Positions 40,757-53,937 of a DNA stretch of 64,000 bases are shown here, piece after piece. Positions within the stretch are counted from its first letter, which is position 1; the number at the start of each line of letters is the position of its first letter. Made by a program: the position numbers and the translations under genes. A model generated the notes under the pieces. It was not told the DNA's origin. It did not search any database and saw nothing but the letters and a program-made list of their open reading frames with translations. Source of the DNA: an uncultured Chloroflexia bacterium (GTDB lineage Bacteria > Chloroflexota > Limnocylindria > Limnocylindrales > CSP1-4); contig CAVYIV010000015.1 of assembly GCA_963768675.1 (NCBI GenBank), positions 156,345 to 220,344 of the forward strand, written 5' to 3'.

Positions 40757-40997
40757 GCCGGTGTCGGGCGTCGCGGACGTCGCCATGAGCCCGGCCGGAC
40801 GCGAGAGCGGGCGCTCAGGCGGTGCTTCGTCGGCCCACGAGCAGCCTCCCGCGACGTTCGGCTGATCCGAGCCACCAGGGGCGACGCTCGACGAGCGCGA
40901 CCGCGACCGTCTCGCCCTTGCCCTGCTGATCGATCGCGCCGGCCGCGGCGCCGGCCGGCGCGGCGCGAAGGCCACTCTGCGGTCTGCGCCCAGACGC

Positions 40998-41018
40998 GTC
41001 ATGACGGTCGGTCATGAC
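40998..41018. repeat. double-palindrome motif copy 3 (GTCATGAC-GGTCG-GTCATGAC)
   Basis: A perfect direct repeat of the 8-bp palindrome with a 5-bp spacer. Confidence 0.5.
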
Positions 41019-41144
41019 ACCCCGTCAACGGGATCTCGGAAACCTGGCGCGTTCAGTGCTCGAGCCGCTCGGGGCCGGCTACCCCGGCGGCGCTCAGCGA
41101 GTCGGCCGCTCGCCGGCGCTCCGCCCGCCCCAGCCCTCGGCCGG

Positions 41145-41165
41145 CGTCATGACGCGCCGTCATGA
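41145..41165. repeat. double-palindrome motif copy 4 (GTCATGAC-GCGCC-GTCATGAC)
   Basis: ~145 bp upstream of the yggT-like gene. Confidence 0.5.
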
Positions 41166-41310
41166 CACGGCGATCCGTGGGCCACACAGTGGTGCCACGC
41201 CCGCGAAGTCAGTGCGGGTGCCAAGACCGGCAACTCAAGTTGGGAGGGTGCGCAGGCCCACGATGAAGCCGCCGTGAATGGCGAGTGGATCGGCGCACAA
41301 GGAGAACAGC

Positions 41311-41745
41311 ATGGCCATCGATCAGGTCGACCAGACGGTCGTCACCCGGCAACCCACGGTGGTCGCCACGCAGGAGTCGGGACCTGCGGCGACGAGCCAG
41401 GAGACGGTGCGGACGGAAAGCCGCCAACTCACGCGGTCGGGACCCGGCGGCTCCGAGATGGCCCGCCGGATCATCGTCCTGCTGTTCGGGCTCATCCAGA
41501 TCGTCATCGGGCTGCGGATCATCCTGCTCCTGCTCGACGCGCGCACCGGCAATGCGCTGGTGTCCGGCATCCTCGACCTCAGCAAGATCTTCGTCGCACC
41601 GTTCGACGGGATCCTCAACACGAATGCCCTTTCGTCGGGTGGTTCGACCCTCGACGTGGCGGCCGTGGTCGCCTTCGTCGGCTGGTCGGTCCTCGAGCTG
41701 ATCGTGATCTGGGCCATCGGCATCTTCCGGCGCGAGCCGGCCTGA
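41311..41745 (+). CDS. YggT-family membrane protein
   Basis: AAGGAGA RBS. RRIIVLLFGLIQIVIGLRIILLLLDARTGNALVSGILDLSKIFVAPFDGIL is characteristic of YggT. Confidence 0.5.
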   Translation: MAIDQVDQTVVTRQPTVVATQESGPAATSQETVRTESRQLTRSGPGGSEMARRIIVLLFGLIQIVIGLRIILLLLDARTGNALVSGILDLSKIFVAPFDGILNTNALSSGGSTLDVAAVVAFVGWSVLELIVIWAIGIFRREPA

Positions 41746-41774
41746 CTCCCGAGCACAGGGAAGGAGCGAGCGCA

Positions 41775-42044
41775 ATGGGCCTCATCGCCTGGATCGTCGT
41801 CGGCGCGATCGCCGGCTTCCTGGCCAGCCATCTCATGCGTGCCCGCGAGAGCCTTCTGATGATGATCGTCCTTGGCATCGTCGGCGGACTCGTGGGCGGG
41901 TTCGTTGCCGCGACCGTCCTCAAGATGGGCACGGTCGACGGGATCAACATCGAGAGCATCCTCATCGCCACAGTCGGCGCGATCGCGGTCATCTTCCTCG
42001 TCCACCTCGCGACCGGCTCGCGCGGTCTTCTGAGTCGCAGGTGA
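41775..42044 (+). CDS. GlsB/YeaQ/YmgE (transglycosylase-associated) family stress membrane protein
   Basis: MGLIAWIVVGAIAGFLASHLM...IVLGIVGGLVGGFVA, with a GAAGGAG RBS. Confidence 0.65.
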   Translation: MGLIAWIVVGAIAGFLASHLMRARESLLMMIVLGIVGGLVGGFVAATVLKMGTVDGINIESILIATVGAIAVIFLVHLATGSRGLLSRR

Positions 42045-42070
42045 GGACACGCGGCAGGACGGACATTGTG

Positions 42071-42256
42071 ATGGCTGATCAGCACGTCAAAGGCACGCTG
42101 AGCCAGGCCCGGGGCAGGGTTGAGGAAGGGCTCGGCAAGGTGACCGGGGACAAGCGGGAGCAACTGCGCGGCAAGGCCAGGCAGGTCCAGGGCGACGCCC
42201 AGAAGGGACTGGGTGATCTCCAGGACGCCGTCCGAAAGCCGAAGAGCAGGCCCTGA
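42071..42256 (+). CDS. CsbD-family general stress protein
   Basis: MADQHVKGTLSQARGRVEEGLGKVTGDKREQLRGKARQVQGDAQKGLGDLQDAV is a typical CsbD repeat architecture. Confidence 0.65.
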   Translation: MADQHVKGTLSQARGRVEEGLGKVTGDKREQLRGKARQVQGDAQKGLGDLQDAVRKPKSRP

Positions 42257-42305
42257 CCCCGGACCGGGGCCTGACCGGAATGCGGTCGGCGACCGGCTCC
42301 CGCCG

Positions 42306-42326
42306 ATCATGACGGGCCGTCATGAC
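42306..42326. repeat. double-palindrome motif copy 5 (ATCATGAC-GGGCC-GTCATGAC)
   Basis: ~75 bp upstream of the glycine-zipper gene. Confidence 0.5.
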
Positions 42327-42402
42327 TCCTTCCCGTGTTGACAACACACTCAGGTTCGCAAGCGGCACTGTTCCGCTCGCACCCAGGCCAGGAGATCACG
42401 TC

Positions 42403-42690
42403 ATGACCGAGCACACGACCATCGAGCGCCAGACCGTCACCGAGACCAGCGCGGCGCCGCTCGAAACGGTCGAGAAGGACTACGCGAAGGGCGTCCCGCA
42501 CGGTGACGAGGAGGTCGGCGGCGCCTTCCTCGGCGGTGCAGCTGGTGCAGTCGCCGGAGCGATCGTTGGCGGGCCCGTCGGAGCCGTCGTCGGTGGCGCG
42601 ATCGGCGCAGCGGCCGGCGCAACGGGCGGTGCGATCGACCAGAAGCACAAGGACGACACGGTCGTCGTCACGCGCGAAGTGCGGCGCTGA
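42403..42690 (+). CDS. glycine-zipper small protein
   Basis: AGGAGA RBS. GGAFLGGAAGAVAGAIVGGPVGAVVGGAIGAAAGATGGAI contains GxxxG repeats. Confidence 0.5.
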   Translation: MTEHTTIERQTVTETSAAPLETVEKDYAKGVPHGDEEVGGAFLGGAAGAVAGAIVGGPVGAVVGGAIGAAAGATGGAIDQKHKDDTVVVTREVRR

Positions 42691-42866
42691 TCGCTCGGGT
42701 CAGCCCGGCCGGTCCTCGCTCCACTCATGTCACGACCCACCGCGCCGTATCGCGTGGCCGGTCGTGACGCAGTGAGCGCCGCGCCCCGGGCGACCGTCGA
42801 GCAAAGACGGATCGCTGGGCGCAATTCCCGGTCGAGGCCTTGCGGGCGAACAGCGGGGAGTTGGGC

Positions 42867-43043
42867 ATGAGATCCGGCTTTTCGTCTCTCGTGAGCCTCG
42901 TCTACCTCATTGTCGGTCTGGTCGTTGCGTCGAACCACTCGTTCTTCGCGAGTCTCAACGCCCTGATGCCGATCCTCTCGGCGGTCCTTGCGGTTGTGCT
43001 GTGGCCGCTCGTGCTCCTGGGTGTCGACCTGCACCTCCATTGA
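42867..43043 (+). CDS. hypothetical small membrane protein
   Basis: 58 aa: MRSGFSSLVSLVYLIVGLVVASNHSFFASLNALMPILSAVLAVVLWPLVLLG. Confidence 0.3.
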   Translation: MRSGFSSLVSLVYLIVGLVVASNHSFFASLNALMPILSAVLAVVLWPLVLLGVDLHLH

Positions 43044-43168
43044 AACAGGCGGCGGCTCTGACGGATGGCGGCGCCGATGGGGAGCATCCCCGGCCGCTGG
43101 CATCGGTGAAGCGAGAAGGTTGATGAATGGACGACATCGGTCTTCATAGTCACAGATGGGAGATCGAG

Positions 43169-43249
43169 ATGAACAGAGGCGGCGGTGTCGGGATCGTCGG
43201 CGTGATCGTGATCGTGTTGGTGATCCTCTGGTTGGTACACGTGATCTAG
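43169..43249 (+). CDS. 26-aa hydrophobic peptide
   Basis: MNRGGGVGIVGVIVIVLVILWLVHVI with a GGGAGA RBS 5 nt upstream of the ATG. A single TM helix. Confidence 0.35.
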   Translation: MNRGGGVGIVGVIVIVLVILWLVHVI

Positions 43250-43688
<439 letters not shown>

Positions 43689-43780
43689 ACCGAGGGTGCC
43701 CGTTCACAGGGCCGACGGAGTATACCGCAGGCGGTTCGTCCGGACCGGCGGGCGGCCGTCACCGTCCGGGCATCGGATCG

Positions 43781-44488
43781 TCAGCGCGCGCCCGCGGCCT
43801 CCGGCTCGGAGACGCGGACCGTCCGAAAGGCGAAGAGCTGGGTCCGCGGGTCGTGCCAGGCATGCCGGTTGAGGCCGGCCTTCTCGCAGACGGCGTCGAA
43901 CGTCTCGTCGGCGCCCCAGCCCTGGTCTGTCGCAACCTCCGGGAGGAAGAGCGCACGCCGGCCGTCGCGGACCACGATGATCCCGTCAATTCCGGGTCGG
44001 AACGCCATCGGGTCGCGGAGCGGGACGGCCGGACCGAGGATCGAGACGTCGATGTGGATCGAGGCCAGCTCGCGCTCGGTCACGGGCATGAAGCGGGGAT
44101 CTCGAACCGCCGCGGACGCACCGGCCGAGGCGACGGCGCGGCCGAGCGGTTCGTCGGCCGCGAGCGACCCGATGCAGCCGCGGAGCGAGCCGTGCTCGGT
44201 CAGCGTGACGAACGCGGCACCGGGTTGGGCGAGCGCGGTAGCAACCTCGGGCGACGGCGACGGAGCCGACGAACTGCCCGCGCTCGACGGGCCGGCAGTC
44301 ACCGCGGCGCCCGAGCGGCTTGACCGCGCGCTCCAGCGCAGGACGGCGGTGGTCACCGCGTCGCGCGCGATCCGCAGGAGCTCGCCGGCAACCTCCGGGT
44401 CAAGGGCCACCGGCTCGGGAAGGCCCGGGGACGGATCGAGCTGCGGCTCGGCCGGGCCGTCGTGGACGTGCGCGTTCGGGATGGACAT
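43781..44488 (-). CDS. AMMECR1-domain protein (AmmeMemoRadiSam system protein A)
   Basis: [29 protein letters not shown] and CEKAGL are present. Confidence 0.75.
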   Translation of the reverse strand: MSIPNAHVHDGPAEPQLDPSPGLPEPVALDPEVAGELLRIARDAVTTAVLRWSARSSRSGAAVTAGPSSAGSSSAPSPSPEVATALAQPGAAFVTLTEHGSLRGCIGSLAADEPLGRAVASAGASAAVRDPRFMPVTERELASIHIDVSILGPAVPLRDPMAFRPGIDGIIVVRDGRRALFLPEVATDQGWGADETFDAVCEKAGLNRHAWHDPRTQLFAFRTVRVSEPEAAGAR

Positions 44489-44628
44489 GCGGCACCTCTC
44501 TCGCCGCGGGCGACGCTAGCGACGGGCGGTGTGTCCGGCCAGAGCACAAGGTCGCGCCGTTTCCGGGCCGGGCGGCACTCGCGGGCGTCAGGCTGCCCGC
44601 AGAGACTCGGGGCGACAGGAGTTCACGC

Positions 44629-45732
44629 GTGCCGTTCGTCCACCCCCTGATCCGTTCCGCCGTGCGCGCCGCCATGCCGGCTCGCCTCGCCGAGCCGCTG
44701 CCCGACGGGAGCGTCCGCTGCGCCGTCTGCGCCCACCGCTGCCTGGTGCGGCCCGACCGCACCGGCATCTGCGGCGTACGCGTGAACCGCGACGGCAGCC
44801 TCGTGAGCACGGTCTACGGCGCCGTGGCGGCGATCGGCGTCGACCCGATCGAGAAGAAGCCGCTCTTCCACGTCGCCCCGGGGACGATCGCCTACTCGAT
44901 CGCCACACCGGGCTGCCCGTTCCACTGCAGCTTCTGCCAGAACTGGGAACTCGCCCAGGCGCCACGGCTAGGGATCTCGATCCCGACCCGGCACATGTCC
45001 CCCGACAGCGTAGTGGACGCCGCGCTCGACCACGACGCGGCCGCCATCGCCTACACGTACGTCGAGCCGACGGTCTTCCTGGAATTCGCGCTCGACACGG
45101 CGCGCCGCGCCCGCGCGGCCGGGCTCCTGAACCTCTTCGTCACCGACGGCTACGCCACGCCCGAGGCGATCGGCCTGCTGGCGCCTGTGCTCGATGCTGC
45201 GAACGTCGACCTCAAGTTGTTCTCGGACGCGTTCTACCGCCGGCGCTGCGGCGCGCGGCTCGCGCCCGTGCTCGATGCGCTGGAGGCATATCACCGGGCT
45301 GGCACGTGGCTGGAGGTGACGACGCTCGTGATCCCAGGCGAGAACGACGACCCCGCCGAGCTGCGCGAGCTCGCCGGCTGGCTGGTGGAGTACCTCGGCG
45401 CCGAGACACCCTGGCACGTGAGCCGCTTCTTCCCGGCCTTCCGGATGCGCGACGTGCCCCCGACGCCGATCGAGACCGTGCGTCGCGCCGTCGAGATCGG
45501 GCGGGACGCCGGCCTGCTCCACGTCTACGCCGGCAACGCCCCGGAGCTTCGGCTCGAGGACACCAGCTGCGCGGGATGCGGCGCGGTCCTCATCGAACGG
45601 CGCGGCTATCGCGTGTTCTCCCACCTCGAGGCCGACGGGTCGTGCCCGACCTGCGGGCGCGCGCTCGCCGGACGCGAGCTTGCCCACGGGCCCGGGAGCC
45701 CCGGGGCGCCCCGCGGCGCGCCGTGCGGGTGA
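44629..45732 (+). CDS. AmmeMemoRadiSam system radical SAM enzyme
   Basis: GTG with a GACAGGAG RBS. CPFHCSFCQNW is the CxxxCxxC motif. An N-terminal C-x2-C-x-HRC Zn/auxiliary motif and a C-terminal CAGCG...CPTCG are also present. Confidence 0.8.
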   Translation: MPFVHPLIRSAVRAAMPARLAEPLPDGSVRCAVCAHRCLVRPDRTGICGVRVNRDGSLVSTVYGAVAAIGVDPIEKKPLFHVAPGTIAYSIATPGCPFHCSFCQNWELAQAPRLGISIPTRHMSPDSVVDAALDHDAAAIAYTYVEPTVFLEFALDTARRARAAGLLNLFVTDGYATPEAIGLLAPVLDAANVDLKLFSDAFYRRRCGARLAPVLDALEAYHRAGTWLEVTTLVIPGENDDPAELRELAGWLVEYLGAETPWHVSRFFPAFRMRDVPPTPIETVRRAVEIGRDAGLLHVYAGNAPELRLEDTSCAGCGAVLIERRGYRVFSHLEADGSCPTCGRALAGRELAHGPGSPGAPRGAPCG

Positions 45733-45736
45733 TCCG

Positions 45737-46678
45737 ATGAGCGCCCGCGAAGCCGACGCCAGCGCCGTCGTGCGCCAGCCAGCGGTGGCTGGGACCTTCT
45801 ACCCCGACGATCCGGTCCGGCTCGAGCGGATGGCGAGGGCGCTGCTCGAGGGCGCGGCGGCGATGGCCGCGGCGCCGGCGGCGCCCAAGGCACCGGGGGC
45901 CCGCGACGCGCTCGGAGCGGCCGTGCCGTCCTCGCTGCGCGGAATCCTGGTGCCCCACGCCGGCCTCGCCTACAGCGGGCTCGTGGCCGCCGCAGGCTGG
46001 CGACAGGTTCCGGATCGCGCCACGGTCGTGATCCTGGGCACGAACCACACGGCGGCCTGGCTGCACGGGGTGGCCGCCTGGGAGGCCGGGTCCTGGCGGA
46101 CGCCGCTCGGCGACGTGACCGTCGACGCGGAGCTCGCAGCGGAGATCCTGGCACTGGGCCTGCCGTTCGGCACCGACCACGCGGCGCACCGCGGCGAGCA
46201 TTCGATCGAGGTCCAGCTGCCGCTCCTGCAGCTGGCGGTCCCGGCCGCCCGGTTCGTGCCGCTCGCCGTGGGCACCGGGACCGGGAGTGGTGCGATTGTG
46301 GCGGGCCAGCGGCTGGGGGTGCTGCTTGCCCGGCGCGTGGCCGCCGGGGCATCGATCGTCATCGCGATCAGCTCGGACATGGCGCATTACCCGCCCGCGG
46401 ACGCGTGCGCCCGCGTCACGGAGGCGCTCCGGCCGTCGATCCAGGGCCTGCTTCCTGAGGAGCTCGCGCGGCAGGAGGCGGCGGTGGGGCGCGGCGCCGC
46501 GGCAGGCCCGGGGATGGCCTGCGGGATGTGCGGCATCGAGCCCGCGGTCCTCGGCCTCGCGGCGCTCCGGGCGATGGGCGCGACGTCGGGGGTGGCGCTC
46601 GCATCGGCGACCTCCGCCGACGCCGGGGCAGACCCGCGGCGCACCGTCGGCTACCTGTCCGTGGCCTTCGGCGCGTGA
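45737..46678 (+). CDS. MEMO1-family protein (AmmeMemoRadiSam system protein B)
   Basis: VAGTFYPDDP, ILVPHAGLAYSG and ISSDMAHYP are present. Confidence 0.8.
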   Translation: MSAREADASAVVRQPAVAGTFYPDDPVRLERMARALLEGAAAMAAAPAAPKAPGARDALGAAVPSSLRGILVPHAGLAYSGLVAAAGWRQVPDRATVVILGTNHTAAWLHGVAAWEAGSWRTPLGDVTVDAELAAEILALGLPFGTDHAAHRGEHSIEVQLPLLQLAVPAARFVPLAVGTGTGSGAIVAGQRLGVLLARRVAAGASIVIAISSDMAHYPPADACARVTEALRPSIQGLLPEELARQEAAVGRGAAAGPGMACGMCGIEPAVLGLAALRAMGATSGVALASATSADAGADPRRTVGYLSVAFGA

Positions 46679-46695
46679 CCCGGTCGGCAGGCTCC

Positions 46696-49026
46696 ATGGG
46701 TCCTCGGTCACTTGACACGGGAGCACCGGTTCGTCATCGTCGGAACGTGGCCAGAGCCGTCGATGCGCCCCCCGCCCCACCCGAGACCCGCCCCGCACAC
46801 CGTCCAGCGGCGCCCTCCCGCGGCGTGATCGGGAAGTCGATACCCCGCCGCGACGGCCCAGCCAAGGTGACGGGCGTTGCGCTCTACGCCGACGACATCG
46901 AGGTCGAGGGGGCCTGGTTCGGCCTGACGATCCGCTCGACCGAGCCGCACGCACGGCTCCTCGGCATCGACCGCGATCCCGCCTTCGACTGGTCGCGGGT
47001 CGTCGTCGTCACGGCCGCCGACATCCCCGGCGACAACGTGATCGGCGTCGACCACGACGACCAGCCGGCGCTTGCCGTCGCCGAGATCCGGCATCACTCC
47101 GAGCCCGTCGCGCTCGTGGCGGCTGCCGACCCGGCGACCGCGCGCGCCGCGCGTGCGGCGATCTCCCTGCGGACCGAGCCGCTCCCGGCGATCCTGGACA
47201 TGCTGGCGGCCGAGCGATCCTGCGCCCGCTACGAGATCAACAAGGGCGACCTGGAGGTGGGCTTCGCCGAGGCCGACCGGATCTTCGAGGCGACGTACCG
47301 GGTCGGCCCGCAGGAGCACATCTACATCGAGCCCCAGGCGATGATCGCGGCCCCGGCGGCGGACGGCGGGATCACGGTCACGGGCTCGCTTCAGTGCCCC
47401 TACTTCGTCCACGCGGCCCTGGCCCGCGCCCTCGGCCTGCCGATCGCGAAGGTCAGGGTCGTCCAGTCGGAGACCGGCGGCGCCTTCGGGGGCAAGGAAG
47501 AGTACCCCTCCATGCTGGCGGTTCACGCGGCGCTCCTGGCGCGGGCGGCGGGCCGTCCCGTCCGGATGGTCTACGACCGCCACGAGGACATCGCCGCCAC
47601 CACGAAGCGCCATGCCGCCGTGATCCATCACCGGACGGGCGTCGCGGCCGACGGCCGCCTCGTGGCCCAGGACATCGACGTCGTGATGGACGCCGGGGCG
47701 TACACGACCCTGTCGCCGGTCGTCCTCTCGCGGGGCATCCTTCACGCCACGGGTCCCTACCGCTGCCCGAACGTGCGGGCCCGGGCGCGGGCCGTCATCA
47801 CGAACACCGTCCCCGCGGGGGCGTTCCGCGGGTTCGGGGCGCCGCAGACCGAGTTCGCTGCCGAGGTCCACATCTCGCGGATCGCAGAGGAACTCGGGAT
47901 CCCGGCCGCCGAACTCCGCCGCCGCCTCGCCTACCGGGAGGGCGACGTCACCGCCACGGGCCAGGTCCTCAAGCACAGCGTGGCCGCGATCGACGTGCTC
48001 GAGCGCGCGGAGGAGGAGTCGAACTTCGAGCGGGAACGGGCGCGGACGCGGCGGGGATCGCGCGACGGCGGGCGGACCGTGCCCGGCGTCGGCATCGCGC
48101 TCGGCTGGCACGGTGGCGGGTTCACCGGGAGCGGCGAGACGATCCTCGCGAGCGTCGCGGGGGTCGAGCTGACGGCGGACGGACGGATCTGGACCCTCAC
48201 CGCCCAGACCGAGATGGGCCAGGGCGCGGCGACCGTGCTTCCGCAGATCGCGGCGGAGGTCCTCGGGGTGGCGGCCGACGCGGTTGAGCCGGCCCCGCTC
48301 GACACCGCGATCGTCCCGAACAGCGGGCCGACGGTCGCCTCGCGCACGACGATGGTCGTGGGCAGCCTCGTCGCGGATGCCGCCGCGAAGCTGCGCGCGC
48401 TGGTCGAGGCGCGCACCGGTCGCCCGTTCGCCGAGAGCTGGCGCGACGACGTCGCCGCTCATGGCCCAACCCGGGTCGACGTCCGGTTCGAGGGCTTCCC
48501 GGGCATCGAGTGGGACCAGGAGCACTACCGCGGCGACGCCTATCCGGCCTTCAGCTGGGCCGCGGCGGTGGCGTTCGTGGACGTGGACCTCGACACCGGG
48601 CAGGTCGCCGTCCGGCGCGTCGTGGCGGTGGACGAGGTCGGGCGCGTCGTCAACCCGATCCTGGCGGCGGGCCAGGTCGAGGGCGGGACGCTGCAGGCCG
48701 TGGGCTACGCCACCATCGAGGAGATGCAGGTCGTGAACGGCCGGTTCCGCAACGACCGGCTCGCCACGTACCTCATCCCGACCTCCCTCGACGCCCCGGT
48801 AATCGAGGCGCACCTCCTGGAGTTCCCGTTCCTGGACTCGCCGACCGGCGCGAAGGGCCTCGGGGAGCTGCCCATGGACGTCGGCGCTCCGGCCGTGATC
48901 GACGCGATCCACGACGCGACGGGCGCCTGGATCACCGAGCTGCCGGCGACGCCGGCGCGGGTGCTGACCGCGATCCGCGCCGCCGAGGACGCCCGCGGTG
49001 GCGGGACCGCCGGGGCGCTGCCGTGA
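46696..49026 (+). CDS. xanthine dehydrogenase-family molybdopterin-binding large subunit
   Basis: IGKSIPRRDGPAKVTG, GGGFGGKE, the GFRGFGAPQ-type motif (GAFRGFGAPQT) and ELPMDVGAP are present. Intact 776-aa frame. Confidence 0.8.
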   Translation: MGPRSLDTGAPVRHRRNVARAVDAPPAPPETRPAHRPAAPSRGVIGKSIPRRDGPAKVTGVALYADDIEVEGAWFGLTIRSTEPHARLLGIDRDPAFDWSRVVVVTAADIPGDNVIGVDHDDQPALAVAEIRHHSEPVALVAAADPATARAARAAISLRTEPLPAILDMLAAERSCARYEINKGDLEVGFAEADRIFEATYRVGPQEHIYIEPQAMIAAPAADGGITVTGSLQCPYFVHAALARALGLPIAKVRVVQSETGGAFGGKEEYPSMLAVHAALLARAAGRPVRMVYDRHEDIAATTKRHAAVIHHRTGVAADGRLVAQDIDVVMDAGAYTTLSPVVLSRGILHATGPYRCPNVRARARAVITNTVPAGAFRGFGAPQTEFAAEVHISRIAEELGIPAAELRRRLAYREGDVTATGQVLKHSVAAIDVLERAEEESNFERERARTRRGSRDGGRTVPGVGIALGWHGGGFTGSGETILASVAGVELTADGRIWTLTAQTEMGQGAATVLPQIAAEVLGVAADAVEPAPLDTAIVPNSGPTVASRTTMVVGSLVADAAAKLRALVEARTGRPFAESWRDDVAAHGPTRVDVRFEGFPGIEWDQEHYRGDAYPAFSWAAAVAFVDVDLDTGQVAVRRVVAVDEVGRVVNPILAAGQVEGGTLQAVGYATIEEMQVVNGRFRNDRLATYLIPTSLDAPVIEAHLLEFPFLDSPTGAKGLGELPMDVGAPAVIDAIHDATGAWITELPATPARVLTAIRAAEDARGGGTAGALP

Positions 49027-50441
49027 GCGGCGCGCGCTCCGCCGGGACAGCCCGCTCGGCGTCCCCGGTCCACCACTTCACGGTCAACGGCCGGCCCGTC
49101 GAGGTCGCTGTCCCCGGCGGGCGTCGGCTCCTCGACGTCCTTCGGCTGGACCTCGGCCTGACCGGATCGAAGGAAGGTTGTGGCGAGGGCGAGTGCGGTG
49201 CGTGCTCGGTGCTCGTCGACGGCCGGGTGGTCGACAGCTGTCTCGTGCCTGTCTGCCAGGTCGAGGGCCGCGAGGTTCGCACGGTGGAGGGCCTGGCGAC
49301 CGACGGCTGGCTGGACCCGCTGCAGGCCGCGATCCTCGCGACCGGCGGCGTCCAGTGCGGGATCTGCACGCCGGGGATGATGATGGCGGGCCGCGCCTTC
49401 CTAGATTCTATTCCCGAAGGCGCGATCCTGACGGACGACGCGATCCGTGAGGCGATCTCCGGCAACCTGTGCCGCTGCACCGGGTACGGGAAGATCGTGA
49501 GTGCGATCCGGCTCGCGGCCGAGGCGCCCGTGGCCGACGCCCGTGCCGATGTCAGCCGCCCCGCATTTCAACGGCCCGAGGCGCCCCCGCTCGACCTCGA
49601 CGATCCCATCGCGGTCACGCCCGGCACGCTCCGCGAGGCCTATGCCCACCTCTCCAGTGGGGGCTGGCGGCCGCTCGCCGGGGGCACGGACGCGCTGGTG
49701 GAGCGCTCCGCGGGGATCGCCGATCGGCGCGGCTACCTCGATCTCGCCGCGCTCGAAGAGCTGCGCGGGATCCGCCTGGAGGCAGGGAGCCTGGTCCTAG
49801 GCACCGCGGTGACCTACGCGGAGCTCCGCCACGACCCCCTGGTCGCGGAGCACGCGCCGGTCCTGGCCGAGATGGCGGGGCAGGTCGGCGCAGCCCAGAT
49901 CCAGAACCGCGGCACGCTCGGCGGCAACCTCGCGACCGCGTCGCCGGCGGGAGACAGCCTGCCGGTCCTGCTCGCGCTCGACGCGGAGATCGTCGTCGGC
50001 GGCACGCGCGGCGAGCGAACCATCCCGGCGGCGGACTTCTTCCCGGCCTACCGGCGGACGGTGCTCGCCCAGGACGAGCTGATCCTGCGGATCCTCGTCC
50101 CCGTCCGCCCCGCCCGTAGGGTTGCCTTCCGCAAAGTCGGCACGCGCCGGGCCCAGTCGATCAGCGTCGTGGTGCTGGCGATTGCCTGGCGGATCGAGGC
50201 GGGCCGTATGCACGACGTCCGGGTGGCCCTCGGCTCGGTCGCGCCGACGCCCATCCGTGCCCGTGCGACCGAGGCGGCCATGGAAGGCGCGGCCCCGAGC
50301 GCCGAGGCGGCCGCCCACGCCGCCGCGACGCTCACCGCCGAGATCGCCCCGATCGACGACGTCCGCTCCACCGCGGAGTACCGCCGGGCGGTCGCCGGCC
50401 GCGTCCTGCGCCGGGTCATCCGCGACGCGGCTGGCGGGTAG
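49023..50441 (+). CDS. fused [2Fe-2S] ferredoxin-type plus FAD-binding subunit of an XDH-family enzyme
   Basis: The GTG overlaps the upstream TGA. Canonical Cys motifs are present: GCGEGECGACSV, VQCGICTPG and NLCRCTGY. The FAD-domain blocks are LAGGTDAL and GTLGGNLATASPAGD. Confidence 0.8.
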   Translation: MSGARSAGTARSASPVHHFTVNGRPVEVAVPGGRRLLDVLRLDLGLTGSKEGCGEGECGACSVLVDGRVVDSCLVPVCQVEGREVRTVEGLATDGWLDPLQAAILATGGVQCGICTPGMMMAGRAFLDSIPEGAILTDDAIREAISGNLCRCTGYGKIVSAIRLAAEAPVADARADVSRPAFQRPEAPPLDLDDPIAVTPGTLREAYAHLSSGGWRPLAGGTDALVERSAGIADRRGYLDLAALEELRGIRLEAGSLVLGTAVTYAELRHDPLVAEHAPVLAEMAGQVGAAQIQNRGTLGGNLATASPAGDSLPVLLALDAEIVVGGTRGERTIPAADFFPAYRRTVLAQDELILRILVPVRPARRVAFRKVGTRRAQSISVVVLAIAWRIEAGRMHDVRVALGSVAPTPIRARATEAAMEGAAPSAEAAAHAAATLTAEIAPIDDVRSTAEYRRAVAGRVLRRVIRDAAGG

Positions 50442-50454
50442 CGCGGCCGGCGTC

Positions 50455-50477
50455 ACGGCGGGCCTCCGGGTCCGCCG
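50455..50477. terminator. GC-rich hairpin between convergent genes (bidirectional terminator candidate)
   Basis: CGGCGGGCC-TCCG-GGTCCGCCG forms a 9-bp stem with one G-U pair. It lies in the 44-nt gap between the 50441 stop and the 50485 stop and is followed by CTAGCCGCTAGCCG. Confidence 0.35.
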
Positions 50478-50484
50478 CTAGCCG

Positions 50485-53877
<3,393 letters not shown>

Positions 53878-53937
53878 CGGGTGCTCCCTCGTCAGCGTGC
53901 GCGGAGTGGGACGGGGCCGGGCGGGGCGGAGGCTCCC

